A DNA stretch of 64,000 bases from NCBI RefSeq assembly GCF_044704955.1, contig NC_091980.1:86180001-86244000 (forward strand). Direction: 5' to 3'. Positions 25,861-38,763 of this stretch are shown piece by piece. The stretch comes from Pristiophorus japonicus. Lineage: Eukaryota. Position 1 is the stretch's first letter. Every line of letters begins with the position of its first letter. Made by a program: the position numbers and the translations under genes. The notes under the pieces were generated by a model. That model searched no databases, was not told where the DNA came from, and worked only from the letters and a program-made list of their open reading frames with translations.

Positions 25861-26291
25861 ATTTATTTCTGGCATGAATCAACAAATCACAACTTGTGGA
25901 AGGCTGGTTCAAATTATTTGAAAGGATATTGAAAAGTTAAATAAATGTTACTATTTCCCAGCTTCCACTGAGTTTCGGACTGTCTCTAGTGAATTATCTA
26001 CGGTGGTTTGAGTGGAGCTCTTCCATTTGTACAGCCATCTCTCAGCAGTACATTTCCACAACTGTCAATTTTATTTACTATTTTTGCACATGCACCTATA
26101 GAGCAAAGGTGCTATCTATACACCAAAGGTGTGTGCATGTAAAAATAAAAATTAATATGTCATTCATTTAGTATACACAATGGAAAATGGAGTAGATCTA
26201 ATGTGGCAGATGTGATGGTGAATCTATTGGCAACACCAGTGTCTATTTTTATTGGTGTTATTTCCTCATTACATGAAACCTAACCTGGCGC

Positions 26292-26652
26292 AAGAAAGAC
26301 TTGCATTTATATAGCACCTTTCACGACCAACAGACATGCCAAAGTGCTTTACAGCCAATTAAGTACTTTTTGAAGTGTAGTCACTGTTGTAATGTAGGAA
26401 ACGCGGCAACCAATTTGCACACAGCAAGCTTCCACAAACAGCAATGTGATAATGAGCAGATAATCTGTTTTTGTTATGTTGATTGAGGGACAAATATTGG
26501 CGAGGACCCCAGGGATAATTCCCCAGCCCTTCTTCGAAATAGTGCCATGGGATCTTTTACATCCACCTGAGAGAGCAGACAGGGCTTCAGTTTAACTTCT
26601 CATCCAAAAGACGCACCTCCAGCAGTGCAGCACTCCCTCAGCACTGCACTGC
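26292..26652 (-). mobile_element. Deu-domain SINE
   Basis: Reverse complement of the family at 13858-14138, with more 5' sequence. Confidence 0.75.
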
Positions 26653-29472
26653 AGGGTTTTTCTTTTGCTGGAAATGGTTTGGTAATCATCATCATCTTAG
26701 GCGATCCCTCGAATGAGGATGACTTGCTTCCACTTGAGTTTACAGATGTTTCTATCATGTATGTAACCTCTATGTAACACCACTGCAATATTGTATATAC
26801 TTAAGCAATGCACACCTTGACCTCAGGGGGTGAACTTGTGGGAGATACTCCTTACCTGGTCATCCAGGTATATAAAGGGAGGTCCCATGCAGGGTCATCA
26901 CTTCTTGGTCCTGTGAATAAAGGTTCAGATCATAGAGTGACTTTGTCCAAAGAATGTACCTCATGTGGGTTTTGTGCCTTTGAGGAAAGATATTACAGTG
27001 GCGATGAGAAACGGGAATCAACGACCCACGAGAATGGCCACCGGAAGCACAGAGGAACGGTACTGTGTTGGTGAGGACTGGGACAATTTCATTGAGAGGC
27101 TCCAGCAAAGCTTTGTCATGAAAGAATGGCTGGGAGATGCAGCGGCCGACAAGCGAAGAGCCCATCCGCTGACCAGCTGCGGACCTAAGACGTACGCGCT
27201 CATGAGGGACCTACTAGCACCCGAAAAGCCGGCGGACAAAACCTTTGAAGAGCTCAGCAAACTAATCGGTGAGCACCTCAAACCAGCGAGCAGCATACAC
27301 ATGGCCCGACACAGATTCTACCCACCGACATCGTGAAGGACAAAGCATACCGGACTTCGTTGCGGATCTCCGGCGTTTGGCCAGCCTCTGTAAGTTCACA
27401 GATGCCTGCAGGGGGGAGATGTTAAGGGATTTCTTTATTGAGGGCATCGGTCATGCCGGGATTTTCCGAAAGTTAATTGAGACCAAGGACTTGACTTTGG
27501 AAGTGGCGGCGTTGATGGCTCAGACTTTCATGGCGGGGGAGGAAGAAACCAAAATAATATACGCGCGCAATTCTGCCTCCAACTCGGTGGAGGATCAGGG
27601 ATTCAATATCATAAACGTGACACACAGCCCCGCAGGCAGGCAAGGGCAGTTCGACACACCTCAGGCAGCAATAGACCCAAGAGTAGGTTTTCAACAGAGA
27701 CAATGGCAGGCTGAATGGACATTTACGCCATCACAGTGGACAATGCGGTCCGGGATGGAGCCATTGACACCCACTAACAGGGTACTCAAGAGCAGTCAAA
27801 GGGACAATCAGTGAGGAATGCCAGGTCACAGCTCCTTTGTTCACAACAATGGGAATCTCAGCTCATGCTGGAGGTGTGGGGGCAAACATTCTGCCAGGAC
27901 TTGCAGGTTTCAACAATTTGTCTGCAGAAATGCAACCTCAGTGGCCATTTAGCTCGAATGTGCAGGAAGCCTGTAACCAGGCTAATTTACGAGGCGGATG
28001 GACCAGAAGAGGGGTCTGTGAGGCAGGATGACTCTTAGGGCAAATCAATGGACGTTGAAGCTCAGCGGATTCATATGGCAAGCATTCACAGCTCATATAC
28101 CAAAACGCCACCAATGATGATGAAGGTTTTATTAAACGGCATCCCTGTATGCATGGAGCTGAACACGGGGGCCAGCCAGTCACTCATGAGCATTCAACAA
28201 TTCGAAAAGCAATGGCCACTCAAAGCCAGTAGACCCAAACTAGAATGCATTGAGACACAACTACGGACGTATACCAAAGAAATCATTCCAATACTAGGCA
28301 GTGCAATGTTGGCGGTCACACACAATGGATCAGTGAACCGGCTGCCGCTCTGGATTGTCCCGGGCAATGGTCCCGCACTGTTGGGGAGGAGCTGGATAGC
28401 TTAGATGAACTGGAAATGGGGGGGATGTGCACGCAATGTCATCTGTGGAGCGAAGTTCGTGCTCACAAGTCCTACAACAATTTGAGTCACTATTCCAACC
28501 TGGCGTCGGGATGTTCAAAGGTACCAAAGTAGTGATACGCATCACCCCGGACGCCAGACCAGTGCACCACAAAGCCAGAGTGGTGCCGTATGTGATGCGG
28601 GAGAAAATTGAGAGCGAATTGGACCGTTTGCTGAGAGAGGGCATCATCTCGCCCGTTGAATTCAGTGACTGGGCGAGCCCCATCGTTCCCATCCTAAAAG
28701 CGGATGGTTCTGTCAGGATCTGTGGCGACGACAAGGCCACTATCAATCAGGTGTCCCTACAAGACCAATACCCGCTCCCGAGAGCGGAGGATCTTTTCGC
28801 CACGCTGGCAGGCGGCAAGCTGTTTACCAACTTGTATCTCACTTCAGCCTACATGACCCAAGAACTGGCCGACGAATCTAAACTACTGACCACCATCACT
28901 ACACACAAGGGACTGTTTGTTTACAACAGGTGCCCGTTTAGCATTCGCTCAGCGACCGCAATTTTTCAAAGTAACATGGAAAGCCTGCTCAAATCCATTC
29001 CTGGAATAATCGTATTTCAGGACGACATCCTCATCATGGGTCGTGACACCGAGAAACACCTCCACAACCTGGAGGTGCTACGCCGACTTGGACCAGGTAG
29101 GCCTGCGACTCAAGAAGTTTAAATGTGTGTTTTTGGCTCCTGAGGTTGAGTTCCTGGACAGGAGGGTTGCTGCAGATGGGATTCGGCCCACCGAATCCAA
29201 AACAGAGGCGATTTGACGAGTGCCCAGGCCCGGCAACACATCGGAGTTGGGTTCATTTCTGGGACTCTTGAACTATTTCGGGAACTTTCTGCCGAACTTA
29301 AGCACGTTGTTGGAGCCACTTCACATGCTCCTGCGTAAGGGTTGTGATTGGTTTTGGGGGACTGTAAAGAACGGGCTTTCAATCGGGCGCGGAACCTACT
29401 TTGTTCAAATAAGTTATTGACCCTGTACGACCCCTGCTGACATGTGATGCATCGTCCTATGGGATTGGGCGC

Positions 29473-32400
29473 GTGTTGCAGCAGCGTAATGCTGAGGGCC
29501 AACTACAACCTGTGGCTTATGCTTCCAGGTCACTCTCTCAAGCAGAATGGGGATATGGGATGGTCAAGAAGGAGGCACTTGCATGTGTCTATGGTGTAAA
29601 AAAAATGCATCAGTACCTTTTTGGCAGGAGGTTCGAATTAGAAATGGACAACAAGCCGTTAACATCCCTGTTGTCAGACAGCAAGGCTATCAATGCCAAC
29701 GCGTCAGCCTGCATACAGCGATGTGCTCTCAAGCTGGCTGCATATGACAACTCCATCCGGCACTGGCCTGGCACCGAAAATTGCGCTGACGCGCTCAGCA
29801 GGCTTCCACTGGCCACCACCGAGGGGGCAGCGGAACAAGCGCTGAGATGGTCATGGCTGTTGAAGCCTTTGACAGCGCAGGCTCCCCCATCACAGCCCGC
29901 CAGATCAAAATCTGGACAAACAGATCCTCTCCTATCTCTCATTAAGCAATGTGTCCTGACTGGGGATTGGGCGCCCGCACACAGAGCATGCCCTGAGGAG
30001 GTCAGACCGTTTCACAGGTGGATGGATGAGCTCTCCATCCAAGCTGACTGCCTACTATGGGGCAGCCGGGTAGTCATGCCCCAGAAGGGCAAGGAGGCAT
30101 TCATCTGGGAACTCCACAGCGAGCATCCAGGCATCGTGATGATGAAGGTCATTGCCCGGTCACATATTTGGTGGCCGGGGATTGATTCAGACATGGAACA
30201 CTGTGTTCGCAGGTGCATGACATTGAGGAAGGATAGAATAAAAGGAAAAGGAGGTGGGGTAGCATTGCTGGTTAAAGAGGAGATTAATGCAATAGTTAGG
30301 AAAGACATTAGCTTGGATGATGTGGAATCTATATGGGTAGAGCTGCAGAACACTAAAGGGCAAAAAACGTTAGTGGGAGTTGTGTACAGACCTCCAAACA
30401 GTAGTAGTGATGTTGGGGAGGGCATCAAACAGGAAATTAGGAGTGCATGCAATAAAGGTGCAGCAGTTATAATGAGTGACTTTAATATGCACATAGATTG
30501 GGCTAGCCAAACTGGAAGCAATACAGTGGAGGAGGATTTCCTGGAGTGCATAAGGGATGGTTTTCTAGACCAATATGTCGAGGAACCAACGAGGGGGGAG
30601 GCCATCTTAGACTGGGTGTTGTGTAATGAGAGAGGATTAATTAGCAATCTCATTGTGCGAGGCCCCTTGGGGAAGAGTGACCATAATATGGTGGAATTCT
30701 GCATTAGGATGGAGAATGAAACAGTTAATTCAGAGACCATGATCCAGAACTTAAAGATGGGTAACTTTGAAGGTATGAGGCGTGAATTGGCTAAGATAGA
30801 TTGGCGAATGATACTTAAGGGGTTGACTGTGGATGGGCAATGGCAGACATTTAGAGACCGCATGGATGAATTACAACAATTGTACATTCCTGTCTGGCGT
30901 AAAAATAAAAAAGGGAAGGTGGCTCAACCGTGGCTATCAAGGGAAATCAGGGATAGTATTAAAGCCAAGGAAGTGGCATACAAATTGGCCAGAAATAGCA
31001 GCGAACCTGGGGACTGGGAGAAATTTAGAACGCAGCAGAGGAGGACAAAGGGTTTGATTAGGGCAGGGAAAATGGAGTACGAGAAGAAGCTTGCAGGGAA
31101 CATTAAGGCGGATTGCAAAAGTTTCTATAGGTATATAAAGAGAAAAAGGTTAGTAAAGACAAACGTAGGTCCCCTGCAGTCAGAATCAGGGGAAGTCATA
31201 ACGGGGAACAAAGAAATGGCACACCAATTGAACAAGTACTTTGGTTCAGTATTCACTAAGGAGGACACAAACAACCTTCCGGATATAAAAGGGGTCAGAG
31301 GGTCTAGTAAGGAGGAGGAACTGAGGGAAATCTTTATTAGTCGGGAAATTGTGTTGGGGAAATTGATGGGATTGAAGGCCGATAAATCCCCAGGGCCTGA
31401 TGGACTGCATCCCAGAGTACTTAAGGAGGTGGCCTTGGGAATAGCGGATGCATTGACAGTCATTTTCCAACATTCCATTGACTCTGGATCAGTTCCTATC
31501 GAGTGGAGGGTAGCCAATGTAACCCCACTTTTTAAAAAAGGAGGGAGAGAGAAAACAGGGAATTATAGGCCGGTCAGCCTGACCTCAGTAGTGGGTAAAA
31601 TGATGGAATCAATTATTAAGGATGTCATAGCAGCGCATTTGGAAAATGGTGACATGATAGGTCCAAGTCAGCATGGATTTGTGAAAGGGAGATCATGCTT
31701 GACAAATCTTCTGGAATTTTTTGAGGATGTTTCCAGTAAAGTGGACAAAGGAGAACCAGTTGATGTGATATATTTCGACTTTCAGAAGGCTTTCGACAAG
31801 GTCCCACACAGGAGATTAATGTGCAAAGTTAAAGCACATGGGATTGGGGGTAGTGTGCTGACGTGGATTGAGAACTGGTTGTCAGACAGGAAGCAAAGAG
31901 TAGGAGTAAATGGGTACTTTTCAGAATGGCAGGCAGTGACTAGTGGGGTACCGCAAGGTTCTGTGCTGGGGCCCCAGCTGTTTACATTATACATTAATGA
32001 TTTAGAAGAGGGGATTAAATGTAGTATCTCCAAATTTGCGGATGACACTAAGTTGGGTGGCAGTGTGAGCTGCGAGGAGGATGCTATGAGGCTGCAGAGT
32101 GACTTGGATAGGTTAGGTGAGTGGGCAAATGCGTGGCAGATGAAGTATAATGTGGATAAATGTGAGGTTATCCACTTTGGTGGTAAAAACAGAGAGACAG
32201 ACTATTATCTGAATGGTGACAGATTAGGAAAAGGGAAGGTGCAACGAGACCTAGGTGTCATGGTACATCAGTCATTGAAGGTTGACATGCAGGTACAGCA
32301 AGCGGTTAAGAAAGCAAATGGCATGTTGGCCTTCATAGCGAGGGGATTTGAGTACAGGGGCAGGGAGGTGTTGCTACAGTTGTACAGGGCATTGGTGAGG

Positions 32401-32874
32401 CCACACCTGGAGTATTGTGTACAGTTTTGGTCTCCTAACTTGAGGAAGGACATTCTTGCTATTGAGGGAGTGCAGCGAAGATTCACCAGACTGATTCCTG
32501 GGATGGTGGGACTGACCTATCAAGAAAGACTGGATCAACTGGGCTTGTATTCACTGGCGTTCAGAAGAGTGAGAGGGGACCTCATAGAAACGTTTAAAAT
32601 TCTGACGGGTTTGGACAGGTTGGATGCAGGAAGAATGTTCCCAATGTTGGGGAAGTCCAGAACCAGGGGTCACAGTCTAAGGATAAGGGGTAAGCCATTT
32701 AGGACCGAGATGAGGAGAAACTTCTTCACCCAGAGAGTGGTGAACCTGTGGAATTCTCTGCCACAGAAAGTAGTTGAGGCCAATTCACTAAATATATTCA
32801 AAAGGGAGTTAGATGAAGTCCTTACTACTCGGGGGATCAAGGGGTATGGCGTGAAAGCAGGAAGAGGGTACTGA
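29473..32874 (+). CDS. Chimeric open frame: Gypsy RNaseH/IN N-terminus fused in frame to an uninterrupted CR1 ORF2 (partial APE endonuclease + RT)
   Basis: 1133-aa ORF with junction ...WWPGIDSDMEHCVRRCMT | LRKDRIKGKGGGVALLVKEE...; RT motifs QHGF, DFQKAFDKVPH, GVPQGSVLGP, FADD are intact. Expression unknown. Confidence 0.6.
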   Translation: MLQQRNAEGQLQPVAYASRSLSQAEWGYGMVKKEALACVYGVKKMHQYLFGRRFELEMDNKPLTSLLSDSKAINANASACIQRCALKLAAYDNSIRHWPGTENCADALSRLPLATTEGAAEQALRWSWLLKPLTAQAPPSQPARSKSGQTDPLLSLIKQCVLTGDWAPAHRACPEEVRPFHRWMDELSIQADCLLWGSRVVMPQKGKEAFIWELHSEHPGIVMMKVIARSHIWWPGIDSDMEHCVRRCMTLRKDRIKGKGGGVALLVKEEINAIVRKDISLDDVESIWVELQNTKGQKTLVGVVYRPPNSSSDVGEGIKQEIRSACNKGAAVIMSDFNMHIDWASQTGSNTVEEDFLECIRDGFLDQYVEEPTRGEAILDWVLCNERGLISNLIVRGPLGKSDHNMVEFCIRMENETVNSETMIQNLKMGNFEGMRRELAKIDWRMILKGLTVDGQWQTFRDRMDELQQLYIPVWRKNKKGKVAQPWLSREIRDSIKAKEVAYKLARNSSEPGDWEKFRTQQRRTKGLIRAGKMEYEKKLAGNIKADCKSFYRYIKRKRLVKTNVGPLQSESGEVITGNKEMAHQLNKYFGSVFTKEDTNNLPDIKGVRGSSKEEELREIFISREIVLGKLMGLKADKSPGPDGLHPRVLKEVALGIADALTVIFQHSIDSGSVPIEWRVANVTPLFKKGGREKTGNYRPVSLTSVVGKMMESIIKDVIAAHLENGDMIGPSQHGFVKGRSCLTNLLEFFEDVSSKVDKGEPVDVIYFDFQKAFDKVPHRRLMCKVKAHGIGGSVLTWIENWLSDRKQRVGVNGYFSEWQAVTSGVPQGSVLGPQLFTLYINDLEEGIKCSISKFADDTKLGGSVSCEEDAMRLQSDLDRLGEWANAWQMKYNVDKCEVIHFGGKNRETDYYLNGDRLGKGKVQRDLGVMVHQSLKVDMQVQQAVKKANGMLAFIARGFEYRGREVLLQLYRALVRPHLEYCVQFWSPNLRKDILAIEGVQRRFTRLIPGMVGLTYQERLDQLGLYSLAFRRVRGDLIETFKILTGLDRLDAGRMFPMLGKSRTRGHSLRIRGKPFRTEMRRNFFTQRVVNLWNSLPQKVVEANSLNIFKRELDEVLTTRGIKGYGVKAGRGY

Positions 32875-32974
32875 AGTTTCATGTTCAGCCATGAACTCAT
32901 TGAATGGCGGTGCAGGCTAGAAGGGCTGAATGGCCTGCTCCTGCACCTATTTGCTATGTTTCTATGTTTCTATG
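30222..32974 (+). mobile_element. Young CR1/HER1 LINE, 5'-truncated within the endonuclease
   Basis: Begins ATTGAGGAAGGATAG, ends in (TTCTATGT)n; ATGAC is duplicated at 30217-30221 and 32972-32976. Confidence 0.95.
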
Positions 32975-34980
32975 ACGTGTGCCCAGCTGGGTAATGCTCC
33001 CAGGGAGGCCCCGCTCAACCCGTGGCCCTGGCCCACCAGGCCATGGTCACATATTCATGTAGACTACGCGGGCCCGTTCATGGGAAAAATTTTTCTCATT
33101 GTGGTAGATGCGTACTCGAAATGGATCGAGTGCATCATTTTGAATTCGTGCACGACATCCACCACTGTGGAGAGTCTACGTGCGGTCTTTGCAACCCACG
33201 GCTTGCCGGACATCCTTGTTAGCGATAATGGCCCATGTTTCACAAGCTATGAATTCCGGGAGTTCATGTTGGGCAATGGCATCAACCATGTCAGGACAGC
33301 ACCGTTCAAGCCGGCCTCCAATGGCCAGGCGGAACGTGCGGTCCAAATCATTAAACAAAGCATGCTCAGGATTCAAGGACCCTCCCTTCAATGCCGCCTA
33401 TCACGCCTCCTGCTGGCCTATAGATCCCGATCGCATTCGCTCACGGGGGTCCCGCCCACTGAGCTACTTATGAAACGAACACTCAAAACTCGGTTGTCCC
33501 TCATTCACCCTGTCTTGACCAACATAGTTGAGGGCAAGCGCCAGTCCCAAAATGAGTACCATGACTGAAATTCAAGGGGGAATTGTATAGAAATAAATTA
33601 CCCCATATTTGTCCTCAGTCACGCCGTGGTGCCCAAATGGCTTGAGGGTACTGTAATAGACAAAGAGGGGAACAGGGTCATCGTGGTTAAACTTAACAAT
33701 GGGCCGATATGCCGTAAGCATCTGGATCAAGTAAAAAAAAGGTTCAGCATGGACACTGAGGAACCCGAGGAAGATCATGAGATGTTGCTCACACCACCGC
33801 CAGTGAACGAGCAACAAGAAAATTCAGCAGCATGCACAGTCCCGGCGGTCAGCCCGGACAGGCCAGAATCACCACAGGTGACAGACACTCACGCCAAGGC
33901 TCAACAATCAGAGCCCCAACTGCGGCGCTCCACGAGGGAGCGTAGACCACCTGAAAGACTTAACCTATGATCCCAATAAGATGTTGAGGGGGAGGTGATG
34001 TCATGTATGTAACCTTAATGTAACAACACTGCAATACTGTATATACGTAAGAAATGCACACCTTGACCCAGGGGGTTAACTTGTGGGAGACACTCCTCAC
34101 CTGGTCATCCAGGTATATAAAAGGAGGTCCCACGCAGGGTCATCACTTCTTGGTCCTGTGAATAAAGGTTCAGGTCATAGAGTGTCCTTGTCCATAGAAT
34201 GTGCCTTGTGTGGGTTTTGTGCCATTCAGTAAGAATATTACAGTTTCAATGAAGGACCCGATGTTCCAGTCCTGAACTCCAATTGAAGGGGTGGCAGATG
34301 CCTGTGCGTGGATTGTTTTAAATTGTGGTGACCATTGCACATCAGCCACCACACGGGCCTTTATTCAGTGGCAAGGGTTAACCAGGTTGATTGGAGACCT
34401 GCTCTGCTGCATGGACCTAGTGCGCACCCATATGCAGTCTGGGCTAGCCTGTGCTGTCCCTGGGCCCTTGACTCTTCTGGGCCCCATATCCTCATTTGTC
34501 GCATCTCCGCCACGATCTCACGCCACTCCTCTGACACAAACATTCGCAGCACCTCTGCCACGATCTCTCAGCGCTCCTCTGCCAGAAAACATTTGCCGTA
34601 TCTCTGCCTCGATCACTCACCGCAACCTCCACCACGTCCTTCCCGCTCCTCTGCTTTACCAGGGCCCCATCGATGCTCCTGCCCATGCTCCAAACAGCGA
34701 CCTGGGTCCTGATGACATCACCCAATCACCCACCTTGAAGCTGTCGCACACTTGGAGCAGCTCACGCTGGAAGTTGTAGTGGTATGCTGCTCCAGCTCTT
34801 ATACTTCCCGACTTGCAGAGGTGTTCTCTCGCAAGTCGGGGAGCCAGTTTGGTAGTAAATGTGTATCAACAACATATATTGTAACATATGACAATTTACT
34901 GCCACAGATAAATTAAAACAACAAATCAGATCATGGTTTTAATAATTGATTTTACAAGCCAGAATGAGGCAGTTCCCTCC

Positions 34981-35910
34981 TATAAGAAAATAAGAACATA
35001 AGAAATAGGAGCAGGAGCAGGCCATAAGGCCTCTCGAACCTGTTCCGCCATTCAATAAGATCATGGCTGATCTGATCATGCATTCAGCTGCACTTCCCCG
35101 CCCGCTCCCCATAACCCCTTATCATTTAAGAAACTGTCTATTTCTGTCTTAAATTTATTCAATGTCCCAGCTTCCACAGCTCTCTGAGGCAGCGAATTTC
35201 ACAGATTTACAACCCTCTGAGAGAAGAAATTTCTACTCATCTCAGTTTTAAATGGGCGGCCCCTTATTCAAAGATTATGCCCTCTAGTTCTAGTCTTCCC
35301 CATCAGTGGAAACATCCTCTCTGCATCCACCTTGTCAAGCCCCCTCATAATCTTATACGTTTCGATAAGATCACCTCTCATTCTTCTGAATTCCAATGAG
35401 TAGAGGCCCAACCTGCTCAACCTTTCCTCATAAGTCAACCCCTTCATCTCCGGAATCAACCTGGTGAATCTTCTCTGAACTGCCTCCAAAGCAAGCATAT
35501 CCTTTCGTAAATATGGAAACCAAAACTGCATGCAGTATTCCAGTTATGGCCTCACCAATACCCTGTATAGCTGTAGCAAGACTTACCTGCTTTTATACTC
35601 CATCCCCTTTGCAATAAAGGCCAACATTTCATTGGCCTTCCTGATCCCTTGCTGTACCTGCATACTATCCTTATGTGTTTCATGCACAAGTACCTCCAGG
35701 TTCCGCTGTACTGCAGCACTTTGCAATCTTTCTCCATTTAAATAATAACTTGCTCTTTGATTTTTTTTCTGCCAAAGTGCATGACCTCACACTTTCCAAC
35801 ATTATACTCCATCTGCCAAATGTTTGGGCACTCACTTAGCCTGTCTATGTCGTTTTGAAGATTTTTTGTGTCCTCCTCACACATTGCTTTTCCTCCCATC
35901 TTTATATCGT
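34981..35910 (-). mobile_element. CR1 LINE 3' end, (TTCTTATG)n-tail subfamily
   Basis: TAAGAACATAAGAAATAGGAGCAGG tail; RRFTRLIP, RGDLIETYK. Confidence 0.9.
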
Positions 35911-35924
35911 CATGCGCCAACATA

Positions 35925-37297
35925 TCATGATCACTGGAAACATTCAGAAAAGGAAATCAAGATTTATCAGAATGTAGGTAGATCTTACTGTAAATGAGAT
36001 GTTTAAGAGCACATCGAGGAAATCTGGCAGTCCCCTCAATTCCAGCAAAGCAATGCATTGGATGAGATTACTGAAGGTTTTGTAAGTCTGCAGATCTGCT
36101 GCAAGGAAAGATAAGCTATTTTTCGGATGGATACTGAATTGATTGTATTCATGTAAGCAGTGTGGTAGCAGTGTGGGATCCAGTTCCTAGTTGAGTCCCA
36201 CAGGGATCCATGTTAGGACCATTGCTTTTCACCATCTTTATCAATTCTTAAATTTTCTGATCTTCTTCTTCTTCTTCCTTTTTAGGCAGTCCCCCGGAGT
36301 CGAGGATGACTTGTTTCCACACTAAAATGAGTTCTAAGGTGACTGATGAGACCAATGCGGGATCTACAGTCTCTGTCACAGGTGAGGCAGATGGTGTTGG
36401 AGGGATGGGTGGGTGGGGTGATTGATTTGTCGTACGCTCCTTCTGCTGTTTGTATTTGGCTTCTATGTGCATCCGGCGAAGAGACTCGAATTGTTCGGCG
36501 CCTTGTCGGATACTTCTCCTCCACTTTGAGTGGTCTTGGGCCAGGGATTCCCAAGAGTCGGTGGGGATGTTACATTTTTTCAAAGAGGCTTTGAGGCTGG
36601 CCTTGAAGCATTTTCTCTGCCCTCCTGGGGCTTGTCTACTGTGACGTAGCTCCAGGTGGAGTGCTTGTTTCGGGAGTCTAGTATCGGGCATGCGGATAAT
36701 GTGGCTTTCCATCGGAGCTGATTGAGCATGGTCAATGCCTCGATGCTGGGGATGTTGGCCTGAGAAAGAAGTCTGACGTTTGTGTGCCTATCCTGCCAAT
36801 GAATTTGCAGGATTTTGCGGAGGCAGCGTTGGTGGTACTTCTCTAGTGCTTTGAGGTGCCTACTGTACATAGTCCATTTGCTGATAATACAAAGATATGT
36901 GGACAATTAGGACTTTAGATTAAATCAATACAATGCAGGCTAATACATTAGGGGTATGGACCCATATTTGGCATATAACCTACAATGTGGATAAATGCAG
37001 CATAAAACATTCTGAGCTGGGATAATAATAAAATGCAGAGTTGCCTGTCGGAGAGGGACCTGAGGGTCATAGTTCATGAAACATTGAAGGTCCAAAACGA
37101 GTGTAGTGAGGCTGTAGAGAATACAAATGGGGTATTGTAGTTTAGAGCTAGAACAATTAAATATAAAACTAGAAGAAATATACTTAACATACACACGGCC
37201 ACATCTAGAATACTGTGGCTAGTTCTGCACCCTTCAAATGGTGCAGGATATAGAGGCCTGAGAGAAGGTCCAGAGGAGACCTACCAAAATGATACCA
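35925..37297 (+). mobile_element. Old, highly decayed CR1 RT fragment interrupted by an RTE
   Basis: VPQGSMLGPLLFTIFIN, FADNTK and RPHLEYC remnants. Confidence 0.6.
36261..36877 (-). mobile_element. RTE-clade LINE 3' fragment with (GAA)n tail
   Basis: LEKYHQRCLRKILQIHWQDR...RMPDTRLPKQAL...CLTCDRDC...SHLRTH. Confidence 0.9.
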
Positions 37298-37298
37298 A

Positions 37299-38531
37299 GG
37301 GGTAGAAATTGGTATGCATTCAACCATTTTTCAGGTATAAAACAGGCACAAAGCATTTCAATTTAGCAGTAGAACTGACTGTGCCCACTCTGCGCAGGCA
37401 TTGGTCCAACTGCTAAATTTGTGGTGCCCTTTTTATAGGCGCCCCAGGTAGATGCCTAACAAGCATTAGGCCCCTTTAATATGTTAAATGAGATAGCCTT
37501 ACTCCTGTTGAAGGGCCCTTGCTGAAATTAGTCACTGATGAGCGGGGCAGGCATTGGGCCTGTCCCACTTAAGATTCATCAATGGTCGCTGAAGGCAGGG
37601 GAGCAGGGGTGATTTCCGACTCCAAAGAAGTGTGATCAGCCCCCCTTTGTAGCCCACTGTAATGCCCTCTCCCGGGACTTACCTGAAGACTGCCGCTAAA
37701 GAGGCCGGCAGCCCAACGTTGATCTCTTTGCTCGGGCGAGCTTCCTGTGGCCTTCAGTGCCCTTAGACCAGGAAGGACAAATATCTGCCAGGGTTCCTCT
37801 GCTAATTGCTAATCAGTTACACCTGCTGCAGATTATGTGTTTGTGGATGTCAGCTGAGCAAAGGTTTGAACTTGTCTGCAGGGCCCTCCATGTTCAAATA
37901 GTTTGTCTGGCCAGGTTCGCACGAGACGAGTAGTCACTTGCACTGAAGGTCTATCTGAACCTATGGAACCTTTCTCCAGCAAGAATTAGTGGGGTGGACT
38001 TTCCCCCAGGGTGGATCGCACAATCTGGCTGCTCAGTAGTCTTGCCCGGAAGCCATTCTGAGGAACGGGCTTCATTTGCATTGGGCCGGAGGGTTGTGGC
38101 CGAAAACCAAGCATCCTGAGGGAGGTAGATTCCTGGAGCACAGGGGTTGCTGAGAGCGGGAGTGATGGTGGTTCAGCCTGGTTTATTGGAGCCTGAAGCA
38201 TTACTGTTCCTCCCTGGCCTCACAAAAATGAAAAGGAACTCGCCTTCCGGGTCCTCTTTGGCCCAGCTGCCAGCTGATTCCGGCTAGAAGGTGCAAGGCG
38301 TAAACTCTGCCAATTCAGCCCAGAAATGGCATCGGGTTCCTATTGATGCATAGAATCCTGACTTTACTATTTCAGGCAGAGAGGTGCCCTCTTTGGGTGC
38401 CTACTTTAAGGACCCTAGCAACATGCTGACAGTCACCGCGATGGCTGCAATGGAGCAGTACATTTTTACACTCTATTTTCAGGTCACCACTGTCCTGTTT
38501 CCGCCAGACAGTTGCCGTAAAAATTCAGCCC
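37299..38531. mobile_element. Cluster of old MITE-like repeats with Harbinger-like ends
   Basis: Left end GGGGTAGAAATTGG (as at 1084); AATTCAGCCC ends at about 38321 and 38531. Confidence 0.35.
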
Positions 38532-38763
38532 AGTGGCTTCCAAGACAGGAGGGGGAGATCAAAGACAGGTATTTTAAGAAACTTCTGATAAAAATTGAAT
38601 TTTACTGTGGCAGAAGACAACCAAAAAGAAAAATCGCTATGGATGGTATTTTGTTCTGTATCTGCACTGGGTGAATTACCTACATACAGATTTAGTTAAG
38701 AAAATAAGGAATGTTCAGAATCTACAGGTCAATAGAGAGAGAGATGTTCAGTTAATAACTTAT

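Larger units (their letters stand above)
26753..34242 (+). mobile_element. Gypsy LTR retrotransposon 2, full length, decayed, with a CR1 inserted in integrase
   Basis: LTRs 26753-26997 and 33999-34242 (about 10% divergent by eye), 5-bp TSD GTTTC, PBS TGGCGATGAG, PPT. gag, PR (NTGAS), RT (FQDD), RNaseH, IN (HVDYAGP, VSDNG, GQAER). Confidence 0.95.
26684..34846 (-). mobile_element. Non-autonomous element with RTE-type 3' tail, split by Gypsy 2 (pieces 26684-26752 and 34243-34846)
   Basis: (TCA)n...AGGCGATCCCTCGAATGAGGATGACTTGCTTCCAC is the RTE tail; the sequence is continuous across the GTTTC target duplication. Confidence 0.55.

Noticed and set aside
29473-32874. Novel natural RNaseH-endonuclease-RT gene
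   Set aside because: Explained by a LINE insertion with a target duplication; the Gypsy integrase resumes at 32975 (TCAQLGNAP).
30012-32900. Long antisense ORFs opposite LINE and Gypsy coding regions (also 22407-22838, 48357-49076, 56903-57421)
   Set aside because: Shadow frames of TE coding sequence with no independent motifs.
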